Assembly: GCA_027730505.1 (NCBI GenBank)
Contig: JAQCGT010000001.1
Location: forward strand, 1 to 62,304
From: Actinomycetota bacterium
Lineage (GTDB): Bacteria; Actinomycetota; Acidimicrobiia; Acidimicrobiales; Ilumatobacteraceae
DNA: 62,304 nucleotides
Direction of reading: 5' to 3'
A model generated the notes under the pieces. That model was not told the origin of the DNA. It ran no database searches and saw only the letters and a program-made list of their open reading frames with translations. The position numbers were made by a program, and so were the translations under genes. Positions 43,859 through 52,528 of this stretch are shown here, piece by piece; position 1 is the first letter of the stretch, and every line of letters starts with the position of its first letter.

Positions 43859-45361
43859 TCAGGCAGATGCATGCACACGGTCACCGGCGACAGCGAAGGT
43901 CAGCACGCCGTCATCAAGGTCGCCGCGCAGAAGCACCTTGCGGTCAGCTGCGTAGCGCTGAGGGTTGGTCCATGGCTCGCGATCGCCTTGTTTCGGCAGA
44001 AGTGGCACCGCTCGCTGGATGTATCCGGCTGAGAAGTCACCGATCCATGGCAACTGTGGCATGGCCTCGTCATCAGGGCGGAGCGTCGGCGTCACCATGT
44101 CGTTGCCGGTCTCGCGCAGGTGGTTCAAGAGACGACAGACGAAGGTGCTCGTGAGATCGGCGCGGAGCGTCCATGAGGCATTGATGTAACCGAAGGTGGA
44201 CACCAAGTTCGGAACCCCCGAATACGCAACCCCTCGATAGGTGAACGTCTCGGCGAAATCGACATCACGACCGTCCACGCTCACACGAACCTCGCCCAGC
44301 GTTACGAGCTCAAGTCCAGTCGCGGTGACGATGATGTCCGCATCGAGATGCTCTCCTGACGCAAGAGCGATGCCACTCTCGGTGAATGTCTCGATCGTGT
44401 CGGTCACGACTGAGGCCCGACCCTCGCGTACCGCTTGGAAGAAATCGCCGTTCGGAACGAGGCACAATCGTTGATCCCACGGGTTGTAGTCCGGTGTGAA
44501 GTGTCGATCCACATCAACGTCGGGACCGACTGCTGCACGCACCCCTTCGAGCAGCTTTCGCCGAACCAGATCAGGATCGGTGCGTGTCTTTCCGTAGATC
44601 AACTGTTGTCTGATCAGGTTCTTGCCGCGGGTCAACGCGTAGGCCAGGCGATCAGGGAGGAAGCGACGCAGCACGTTTGCGATCTTGTCCGTATCGGGAC
44701 GGGCGACCATCCAGGTCGGTGTCCGTTGCAGCATCGTGACGTGCGCCGCCGCGTCGGCCATTGCCGGCACCACGGTGACCGCCGTTGCACCCGATCCGAT
44801 GACCACGATGCGGCGGCCCTCGTAGTCGAGATCGTCTGGCCAGTGTTGCGGGTGGATGATCGTTCCGTTGAAGCGCTCACGTCCGGGAAACTCCGGCGTG
44901 TGGCCATGGCGATAGTTGTAATAACCGGCGCACATGAACAGGAATCCGCAGGTCATCGTGGTCGTCGCGTCGCCATGTTGGACTGTGAGCGTCCAGCGGG
45001 CAGTGGACGAATCCCACGATGCAGACTCGACTCGATGACCGAACTTGATATGGCGGGCGATGTCGTACTCATCCACCGTCTCTCGCAGATACGACATGAT
45101 CGATTCGGCATCGGCGATCGACTTCTCGGCCTTCCATGGCTTGAACGAGTAGCCGAGCGTGTGCATGTCGCTGTCGGACCGAACTCCGGGATACCGAAAC
45201 AGATCCCATGTGCCGCCGATGTCGTCACGCCCCTCGAGGATCACGAAGGTGCGGTCGGGGCATTGCTCGCCGAGGTGCACAGCCGCCCCGATCCCTGATA
45301 TGCCGGCTCCGACCACAATCACGTCATGGTGCGTGGCGGCGATGTGCCCGTTGGTCGTCAT
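43859..45361 (-). CDS. Type I Baeyer-Villiger / flavin-containing monooxygenase
   Basis: Start chosen at MTTNGHIAATHHDVIVVGAGISGIGAA, which carries the FAD GxGxxG motif. It matches the BVMO fingerprint FxGxxxHxxxWP exactly (FNGTIIHPQHWP) and has a second Rossmann motif, VIGSGATA. Confidence 0.85.
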   Translation of the reverse strand: MTTNGHIAATHHDVIVVGAGISGIGAAVHLGEQCPDRTFVILEGRDDIGGTWDLFRYPGVRSDSDMHTLGYSFKPWKAEKSIADAESIMSYLRETVDEYDIARHIKFGHRVESASWDSSTARWTLTVQHGDATTTMTCGFLFMCAGYYNYRHGHTPEFPGRERFNGTIIHPQHWPDDLDYEGRRIVVIGSGATAVTVVPAMADAAAHVTMLQRTPTWMVARPDTDKIANVLRRFLPDRLAYALTRGKNLIRQQLIYGKTRTDPDLVRRKLLEGVRAAVGPDVDVDRHFTPDYNPWDQRLCLVPNGDFFQAVREGRASVVTDTIETFTESGIALASGEHLDADIIVTATGLELVTLGEVRVSVDGRDVDFAETFTYRGVAYSGVPNLVSTFGYINASWTLRADLTSTFVCRLLNHLRETGNDMVTPTLRPDDEAMPQLPWIGDFSAGYIQRAVPLLPKQGDREPWTNPQRYAADRKVLLRGDLDDGVLTFAVAGDRVHASA

Positions 45362-45419
45362 GGCTGGATGGTACTCCTCTGGCCGATGCACCCCCGAAGC
45401 GGCATACGATCGTCGACCC

Positions 45420-47045
45420 ATGGAGGGGACGTCGGTTCCAGATGGCGACCGCGCAGCGCGCGACCTCATCGAGTACGACCGTTTCCGTTACGACAACTTC
45501 CCGTTTCGTGCCACTCATCCCGACTGGCTTCGAACCGCCGCAACGCTGCTCGGTATGTCGCCGGCGCCGGCAGAGTCGTGCCGCGTGCTCGAGCTCGGTT
45601 GCGGGCGAGGTGGAAACCTCGTTGGACTCGCTGCAGCCCTCCCCGGTTCGACATTTCTTGGTATCGACCACGCTCCGTCGCAGGTGGCGGACGGGATCGC
45701 TGATGCGGCTGCTCTCGGGCTGACGAACGTCGAGTTCCGGTCGCAGGACATTCGTGATCTCGACGAAAGCCTGGGTGGATTCGACTACATCATCTGTCAT
45801 GGGGTGTTCTCCTGGGTTCCCGATGACGTCCGGGACCGGATCGTGGGACTCACCGAATCGTTGCTCGTTCCCGGCGGTGTCGGCTTCATCAGCTTCAACA
45901 CAAGGCCCGGTTGGGCGGCCCGAGGGATCGTTCGCGACATGTTGCGGCGCTGGGTGCCCGATGGCCCTGCCGATGAGATGGCAGCAGCCGCCCGTTCGAT
46001 CCTCGGGCTGTGGCGTGAGACATCGTCGTCGAGTGGGCCGCTCGCCGGGTTCGTGGACCACGAGACCGAGTTACTCGACCGTCTCAGCGACCATTACATC
46101 TACTTCGAGCACCTCGTCGAACACAATCATCCGTATCTGCTGAAAGAGTTCTTGGAACTGCTCGACGGCACCGGTCTGGCGTACCTCGGTGACGCCGATA
46201 TCGCCTCGATGAGTCCCGCCCAGCTCGGTGACGAGGGTCAGGCGCATGTGGAGGCACTTGGGCTCGACCCCGTAGCCACCGAGCAGTTGCTCGACGATCT
46301 GACCATCCGCTTCTTCCGAAGGGCGCTGGTGTGTCGATCGGATGACCTGCCTGACCGGTCACATGATCATGCTCGACTCACGAGGTGTTGGGTTGCGTCA
46401 GACATGACCATCGATGAGTTGTCCGTCGAACTCGATGGTTCCGATGGGGGCCGAATCGACATCGTGCTCAGCGATGCTGATGGTGCTGTTCTCCGTCCCG
46501 ATGACTCCCACACGGCGGCATTGCTCTGGGTGCTTGCCGAGCATCGTCCGCGCGGTCTGCCCGTTCATGATCTCGCCGTCGAGGTCGCGGCCCGACTCGG
46601 TGCCACCGCTGATGTGGAGTTCATCGATGAGACCATTGAGATCGCGCACGCCCTTGTGCTGAGAGGACGCCTTGACGCCGGGGTGCTCGAACGTCCACTC
46701 GCAGCTGAGGTCATGGAACTCCCTCTCACCAGCGAGCTCGTCCGCTACCAGGCACGCTGCGAGCGTCGCATCGTCACGACCGGGCGTCACGAGCACTTCG
46801 CCGCTGACCGGATGGACATCGTGCTGTTGAGGAACCTCGACGGAGCCCACGATCGAGCCGCACTATTAGGCGAGGTCGTTGCAGCGCAAGCCTCCGGTGA
46901 ACTCGAGGTCACGATCGACGACGTCGAGGTGGACGACACCGAGATCCTCGACGAGATCATCGGAACGAAACTCGATCGCTTTCTACTGATGGGACTGCTG
47001 GTCGACCCTCGGCTGACCGACACCGAACCTGGCGATCCGACCTGA
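45420..47045 (+). CDS. Class I SAM-dependent methyltransferase with a large C-terminal (methyltransferase-regulatory-like) domain
   Basis: Start chosen at MEGTSVPDG (ATG 45420). It has SAM motif I VLELGCGRGGN and DYIICHGVFSWVP, and the ~330-aa C-terminal extension is of the type found in predicted regulatory-domain methyltransferases. Confidence 0.75.
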   Translation: MEGTSVPDGDRAARDLIEYDRFRYDNFPFRATHPDWLRTAATLLGMSPAPAESCRVLELGCGRGGNLVGLAAALPGSTFLGIDHAPSQVADGIADAAALGLTNVEFRSQDIRDLDESLGGFDYIICHGVFSWVPDDVRDRIVGLTESLLVPGGVGFISFNTRPGWAARGIVRDMLRRWVPDGPADEMAAAARSILGLWRETSSSSGPLAGFVDHETELLDRLSDHYIYFEHLVEHNHPYLLKEFLELLDGTGLAYLGDADIASMSPAQLGDEGQAHVEALGLDPVATEQLLDDLTIRFFRRALVCRSDDLPDRSHDHARLTRCWVASDMTIDELSVELDGSDGGRIDIVLSDADGAVLRPDDSHTAALLWVLAEHRPRGLPVHDLAVEVAARLGATADVEFIDETIEIAHALVLRGRLDAGVLERPLAAEVMELPLTSELVRYQARCERRIVTTGRHEHFAADRMDIVLLRNLDGAHDRAALLGEVVAAQASGELEVTIDDVEVDDTEILDEIIGTKLDRFLLMGLLVDPRLTDTEPGDPT

Positions 47046-47057
47046 CAGGATCGGGGC

Positions 47058-48044
47058 ATGGAGTACACCCGACTCGGATCCACCGGCCTCGAGGTCTCGC
47101 GCATCTGCCTCGGATGCATGAGTTACGGCCAGTCGGATCTCGGCACCCATCCGTGGAGCCTCGGCGAGGCCGACAGCCGTCCGTTCTTCCGGCAGGCGCT
47201 CGATGCGGGGATCAACTTCTTCGACACGGCGAACGTGTACTCGCTCGGAACCAGCGAGGAGTACCTCGGTCGTGCCTTCCGTGAGCTTGGAGTTGACAGG
47301 TCCGAAGTGGTCATCGCCACCAAAGTCCACGGTCGGATGCGCAAGGCACCCAACGGTGCCGGGCTTTCACGCAAAGCCATCCTGCACGAGATCGACGAGA
47401 GCCTCCGACGGCTCGGAACCGATTACGTCGATCTGTATCAGATCCACCGATGGGATCCGAACACGCCGATCGAGGAGACCATGGAGGCTCTCCATGATGT
47501 GGTTCGCGCCGGTAAAGCCCGGTACCTCGGCGCCTCGTCGATGTGGGCATGGCAGTTCGCCACCGCTCAGCACGTCGCCGAGCGCAACGGATGGACTCGT
47601 TTTGCCTCGATGCAGGACCACTACAACCTGATCATGCGGGAGGAGGAGCGCGAGATGCTCCCGTTCTGTGCAGCGACCGGAGTTGGAGTGATTCCATGGA
47701 GCCCCTTGGCGCGTGGGCGTCTCACTCGCCCGTGGGACACGGGTACCGGGCGCTCCGAGACCGATGTGTTCGGCGGCAACCTCTACGGCAGGGATGCAAC
47801 GGAGGCCTCCGACCGAGCCGTGGTCGATGCGGTGGCACACGTTGCTGGTGCGCGCGGTGTTCCGATGGCGCAGGTTGCGCTCGCGTGGGTTTTGTCGAAT
47901 CCGGCAGTGACCTCGCCGATCGTCGGAGCTACACGACCAGCGCACCTCGACGATGCGGTGGCGGCGGTGGACATCAAACTCACCTCAGACGAGGTCTCCA
48001 TGCTGGAGGGACCGTACGTGCCCCACGTCCCTGCCGGGTTCTGA
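47058..48044 (+). CDS. Aldo/keto reductase
   Basis: MEYTRLGSTGLEVSRICLGCMSYG, FFDTANVY, DLYQIHRWD and ...GVIPWSPLARGRL are canonical AKR motifs. Confidence 0.9.
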   Translation: MEYTRLGSTGLEVSRICLGCMSYGQSDLGTHPWSLGEADSRPFFRQALDAGINFFDTANVYSLGTSEEYLGRAFRELGVDRSEVVIATKVHGRMRKAPNGAGLSRKAILHEIDESLRRLGTDYVDLYQIHRWDPNTPIEETMEALHDVVRAGKARYLGASSMWAWQFATAQHVAERNGWTRFASMQDHYNLIMREEEREMLPFCAATGVGVIPWSPLARGRLTRPWDTGTGRSETDVFGGNLYGRDATEASDRAVVDAVAHVAGARGVPMAQVALAWVLSNPAVTSPIVGATRPAHLDDAVAAVDIKLTSDEVSMLEGPYVPHVPAGF

Positions 48045-48045
48045 C

Positions 48046-48738
48046 TCAACCCGCCTTGCGGCCTCGGAATCTTGATCGATGTGCAGGTTTCCCCATGAGG
48101 CGAATCATCCCGAACGGTCGATCGGTTGGGGCGAGGATTCTGATGAGCACCACGCTCAACACTTCAGGGATGTGCAGGACCTCACCGGCGAGAGGGATGC
48201 GGCCAGCGGCGAGGTCGACAACGGCGGTGATGGCGAGCGCACCGGCCAGCACGGTTGCCGCAGGTAGCGCAGCAGCGGCGCGGGTCGGCCGCATGACTAC
48301 TGCGATGAGCAGCATGCCGTATGCGAGCGTGAACGCTGCGAGGTGCCTCACATCGTGAAGGCCATCGAAATCGGTGGACGGCCAGAGCAGATCACGAGAT
48401 GACAACACCACCAGCTGCACGGCCACGATGGCGAGCAGCACTCTGGTGGTGGGCCAACTCGCTGCCCGTTCGGCAGCAAGCGCCAGGCGACTTCCATGGC
48501 GCTGAGCCAGCAGCATCCCCGGCGACGACGTGTTGAGCGCCCGTCGATACGACTGGCATGTTTGGCACACGCTCACGTGCGCGTCCACGATGCGGGGCTC
48601 GATCTCGGGACGCTCACCATCGGCCATGGCAGACATTGCCTCCATGTACGCCGAGCAGTCCATGTGCACATGGTCGCACGACGTGGCGGGCGGGTTCCCG
48701 TCTCCTACGATGTAGTCGATGTCGGAGACGCTCAGCAC
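48046..48738 (-). CDS. Putative zinc-finger (zf-HC2-type) anti-sigma-like polytopic membrane protein
   Basis: The N-terminal C...H-x3-C-x2-C pattern (CSAYMEAM...HVSVCQTC) is followed by about 4 TM helices. The start could be ATG 48738 or 48663. No sigma-factor gene is adjacent. Confidence 0.55.
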   Translation of the reverse strand: MLSVSDIDYIVGDGNPPATSCDHVHMDCSAYMEAMSAMADGERPEIEPRIVDAHVSVCQTCQSYRRALNTSSPGMLLAQRHGSRLALAAERAASWPTTRVLLAIVAVQLVVLSSRDLLWPSTDFDGLHDVRHLAAFTLAYGMLLIAVVMRPTRAAAALPAATVLAGALAITAVVDLAAGRIPLAGEVLHIPEVLSVVLIRILAPTDRPFGMIRLMGKPAHRSRFRGRKAG

Positions 48739-49345
48739 CTCTCGTTCCGGTCGTCAGGGACGTGCCCTAGCCGCCCTTGCCGTCCTGGCCAGCCTGGTTG
48801 TCGCCTGCGGAGGCGGCGACGATGCATCTTCTGCCGATGTACAGGAGTTCCGTCCCGTCGAGGTCGTCGGCAATCCGCTCCCGGCCTTCGAGGGCGAGAC
48901 AACGACTGACTCAGGCATCGGTTCGATTGCTCCGGTGCTCAACGGACAATCGTTCGACGGTACGGCGGTCACGATCGCTCCCGATGGCTATTCGCTGGTG
49001 GTCTTCTTGGCCCACTGGTGCCCACACTGCCAGGCAGAGGTTCCGGATCTGGTCGAGTGGGCCGAGAGTCTGTCGGTGCCGGCAGGTTTGACCGTTTACG
49101 GCGTCACCACATCAACCGGTGAGGATCGGCCGAACTATCCACCGTCTCGTTGGCTCAGTCTCGAGCGCTGGCCGTTTGTCACCATGGCAGACGACGAGTC
49201 GTTCACCGCCGGTCAGGCGTTCGGCACGACCGGCTATCCGTACGTGGTGATGCTCGATCCGTCTGGTGCGGTCATGTGGCGTCACAGCGGCGAGTTGGCG
49301 GATGGCCAACTCGAGCAATACATCGCGACGGCCATGGGCCTCTAA
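48719..49345 (+). CDS. TlpA/ResA-like thiol:disulfide oxidoreductase lipoprotein
   Basis: Lipobox LVVAC/GG and the thioredoxin-fold active site WCPHCQ. Confidence 0.8.
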   Translation: MSETLSTSRSGRQGRALAALAVLASLVVACGGGDDASSADVQEFRPVEVVGNPLPAFEGETTTDSGIGSIAPVLNGQSFDGTAVTIAPDGYSLVVFLAHWCPHCQAEVPDLVEWAESLSVPAGLTVYGVTTSTGEDRPNYPPSRWLSLERWPFVTMADDESFTAGQAFGTTGYPYVVMLDPSGAVMWRHSGELADGQLEQYIATAMGL

Positions 49346-49369
49346 ACCATGTCCATTGGCTGACGTCGT

Positions 49370-49789
49370 TCAGTCGACCGCGAAGACCTGCGCGTCGTCG
49401 GCGAAGGCTTTGAATTCGAGGGCGTTGCCCGCCGGGTCCAGTAAGAACATCGTCCACTGCTCCCCTGGAAGTCCTTCGAAGCGCAGATACGGCTCGATCA
49501 CGAACGTGCACGCTGCGGCATTCAGTCGTGCGGCGAGCGCATGGAAGTCGGGAATCTCGAGCAGCACGCCGAAATGGGGGACGGGAACGTCGTGGCCATC
49601 GACTGGATTGCGTGCGGCGATGCCGGACCCTTCGGCCACGTGTGTGACCAATTGATGGCCGTAGAGATCCCAGTCGATCCACGTGTCTGCGCTTCGTCCG
49701 CGGGCACATCCGAGGACCTCACCGTAGAAACGCGCTGCTTCGGCGAGATCGTCGACGGGAACGGCAAGGTGGAAGCGGGGGCGGGTCAT
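49370..49789 (-). CDS. VOC (glyoxalase/bleomycin-resistance/dioxygenase) family protein
   Basis: 139 aa. FHLAVPVDDL...HFGV...DPAGNALEF is the typical VOC pattern. The start overlaps the upstream stop by 4 nt. Confidence 0.8.
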   Translation of the reverse strand: MTRPRFHLAVPVDDLAEAARFYGEVLGCARGRSADTWIDWDLYGHQLVTHVAEGSGIAARNPVDGHDVPVPHFGVLLEIPDFHALAARLNAAACTFVIEPYLRFEGLPGEQWTMFLLDPAGNALEFKAFADDAQVFAVD

Positions 49790-51885
49790 GACAAGTCCTC
49801 ATTCGTCTGAGCGGGGGAGAGGTGACGGTCGAACCAGTCGAGGATGATCTCGAAGCGCTGGCGGCGGTGCATCGGTGAACCTGAGCGGGAGAGTTCGTGA
49901 GTCTCGCCGGGAAAACGCCAGAACTCGACCGGTTTGTCGAGCAAACGGAGCGTGATCCAGAGCTCTTCAGCTTGGGAGACCGGACAGCGGATGTCGTCCT
50001 CGGAATGGATGATCAACACCGGAATGTCGATGTCGCGAGCAAATCGGATGGGCGACATCCGGAGATACTCGTCGGGGTCCTCCACCGGGTCGGGTCCGTG
50101 CTCGACCCGGAACATCGTGCCGATGTCGCTCGACCACTCCTCGGTGAGCAGATTGTTGACCGCCCGCTCGCTGCAGACCGTCTTCAATCTGCCGGCGTGC
50201 TGCGAAGCGAGCAGTGTCGCCATGTACCCGCCATAACTGCCGCCTTGCATTCCGACCCGAGCCCGATCACATACGGGGAATTGTTCGAGCGCAACGTCGA
50301 GGACAGCCAGCACGTCGGCAAGATCCGCAACACCCCACCCGGTGCCGGGTCGATTCGGATGTTTCGGGCCGAGGATCGCCTGCCCCCAGGCTTCTTCGCG
50401 GCCTGAACCGCCACGCGGGTTGCACATGATGACCACGTACCCGGCTGCGGCCTGCACCTGCGCCTCATCGAACCAGGTCTCGCCGTACTGGGTGTGGGGC
50501 CCGCCATGCACGTTGAGGATCACCGGGTGACGATTCGTGCCGTCGGTGGGCTCGACCCCGGGCGGGCACATGATCCATGCATCGATCTCAGGGATGGTTC
50601 CCGGCGTCGGATCCGGTGTGGGGGCGGTGAAGCGACGCCAGCCGACCGGTTGGGTGCGGTCGGTGAACGCAGCTGAGATCGATGTCAGCGGTGTTCCAGC
50701 CGCCTCGGGGTCCGCTGTGTCCAGTCGAACGACTTCAGCGGGACGGTCCACGGTCGAGACGACGGCGACAGTCACGTCCGAGCGATGGTCCCATCCTCTG
50801 ACCCATCGGGCGCCGGTCGTGAGTGGGACTGGATTGGTGTCGGGGTCGAGTGTCACACGGTGCAGGCGGCAGGCACCGCGGTCCTCGGCGCTGAACATGA
50901 CCGTCGTCGAATCAGCCCACACCGGCCGAACGAGTCCTGAGGTGGTCTCGGCGGTGCGGTCGAGGGTCCCGTTGATCCATCGGCGAGAGCCGGTCTCGAG
51001 ATCGAGGACGCCGACCTTTGCGTTCTGTGGGTAGGTCAATGGGTCGTCGGTGCCGACGAAGGCGACGCGTCGACCGTCAGGGCTGACCGATGGCGCGCCG
51101 AGATCGGCCGCGCCGTCCGTGAGGCGCTCAATGGCGCCGTCTAGCGATACCCGGTACAGGTCGGTCACGAGGTCCATGTCCCAGCCCTGATGGTGACGCG
51201 CCGCCATGATGAGGCCGGACGAGTTGGGCAGCCAGTCGAAGTCGGTGTGATCGTGATCGTCATAGTCGCTGCTGTCATCGTGCGGTGTCAGGTCGACTGC
51301 GGGTCCGGTGCCGTCGGCGGGAATCACGAAGATGTGGAAGGGACGGTCATGGATCCAGCCCTCACCATTGAGCCGGGTGTAGAAGTGGTCGATCCGCCGG
51401 GCCTCCCGAGATCGGTCGCCGTCTGCGCTGTAACGCGGGTGTGGCACACGGGCGGCGAACGCGATGAGTCGTCCATCTGGAGACCAGGCTGGAGCGGCGA
51501 TCGCATCGGGCCTCGTGACGATGCGTCGAACCTCGCCCGGCCCATCGATGGCGATCACATGCAGGGTTGCTGCGGGTCGAGGATCGCCCGCGTCGGCGCG
51601 GCGACGTGAGACGAACGCAAGGTGGTGCCCGTCGGGCGACCAGGCAGGTTGGTCCTCGCCAGGATCACCAGAGGTGATTGGGGCAGCCGACGTTGAGCCG
51701 TTGGTCGCCGCAAGCCAGATCCGGCGCCGATACTCGTTCGCCTCGAGGTCGAGCGTGCTGACAGTGAACGCCACTTGCTGACCGTTAGGCGACAGTGTCG
51801 GGCCACCAATGTCGTTCTGACCATCGAGCAGACGCTCGATGAGCGGTCGACGAGGGCTGACGTCGGATCGAGCTGGCTCTGACAT
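49786..51885 (-). CDS. S9-family serine peptidase (prolyl oligopeptidase / acylaminoacyl-peptidase-like) with an N-terminal beta-propeller
   Basis: Start chosen at MSEPARSDV (ATG 51885). It has repeated WSPDG propeller motifs, the nucleophile motif GGSYGG and a C-terminal His region (GETHELS). Confidence 0.85.
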   Translation of the reverse strand: MSEPARSDVSPRRPLIERLLDGQNDIGGPTLSPNGQQVAFTVSTLDLEANEYRRRIWLAATNGSTSAAPITSGDPGEDQPAWSPDGHHLAFVSRRRADAGDPRPAATLHVIAIDGPGEVRRIVTRPDAIAAPAWSPDGRLIAFAARVPHPRYSADGDRSREARRIDHFYTRLNGEGWIHDRPFHIFVIPADGTGPAVDLTPHDDSSDYDDHDHTDFDWLPNSSGLIMAARHHQGWDMDLVTDLYRVSLDGAIERLTDGAADLGAPSVSPDGRRVAFVGTDDPLTYPQNAKVGVLDLETGSRRWINGTLDRTAETTSGLVRPVWADSTTVMFSAEDRGACRLHRVTLDPDTNPVPLTTGARWVRGWDHRSDVTVAVVSTVDRPAEVVRLDTADPEAAGTPLTSISAAFTDRTQPVGWRRFTAPTPDPTPGTIPEIDAWIMCPPGVEPTDGTNRHPVILNVHGGPHTQYGETWFDEAQVQAAAGYVVIMCNPRGGSGREEAWGQAILGPKHPNRPGTGWGVADLADVLAVLDVALEQFPVCDRARVGMQGGSYGGYMATLLASQHAGRLKTVCSERAVNNLLTEEWSSDIGTMFRVEHGPDPVEDPDEYLRMSPIRFARDIDIPVLIIHSEDDIRCPVSQAEELWITLRLLDKPVEFWRFPGETHELSRSGSPMHRRQRFEIILDWFDRHLSPAQTNEDLS

Positions 51886-51895
51886 GAGCCGGACG

Positions 51896-52528
51896 TTAGC
51901 GGCGTGATCGACCGGGAACCGGAGCGCTCCAGCCGAAATGAATCGCTCCAAGTCGGAGGATCAACACCACTGCGGCTCCGACCAGTGCGCCGGTGCTGGC
52001 GTCCAGGTCGGCGTCTGCCCATACGGTCATCGTTGTTGCCCCGAGGGCTGCGGGGATTGCGTACAGGGTGGAGTCGGCACGGAAGATCTGCGGCTCGGTC
52101 CGAGCCAGGACGTCGCGAGTAACCCCGCCCCCTGTGGCGGTCAGCACGCCCAGAAGGATCGATGCCACCGGTCCGAGGTCGGCATCGATCGCGATCGATG
52201 ATCCGGTCACCGCAAAGAGCGCAAGTCCAACGGCGTCGAAGGTCAAGAACGTTCGTTGCCATCGTCTGAGCCACGATCGCATCACAACCGTCACGAGTGC
52301 CGCGATGACCGCTACGGCAATCGGCGTCGCAGATTCAAAGCTGGCGGGGAGACCCTCGTTGATGATGACGTCGCGGAGCACACCACCGCCGAGCGCAGTG
52401 ACCGTACCGAGAGCGACGAGGCCGACGAGATCGAAACCGCGTTCGAGAGCGAGCAGCGCGCCCGATGCCGCAAACACCGAGATGCCGATGAAATCGAGAA
52501 TGGTGACGATGTCGGTGCCCGATGCCAT
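51896..52528 (-). CDS. Trimeric intracellular cation channel-type (UPF0126/YadS-like) membrane protein
   Basis: Two internal repeats carry the GGG(V/L)(L/T)RDV motif (GGGVLRDV; GGGVTRDV). About 7 TM helices. Confidence 0.8.
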   Translation of the reverse strand: MASGTDIVTILDFIGISVFAASGALLALERGFDLVGLVALGTVTALGGGVLRDVIINEGLPASFESATPIAVAVIAALVTVVMRSWLRRWQRTFLTFDAVGLALFAVTGSSIAIDADLGPVASILLGVLTATGGGVTRDVLARTEPQIFRADSTLYAIPAALGATTMTVWADADLDASTGALVGAAVVLILRLGAIHFGWSAPVPGRSRR

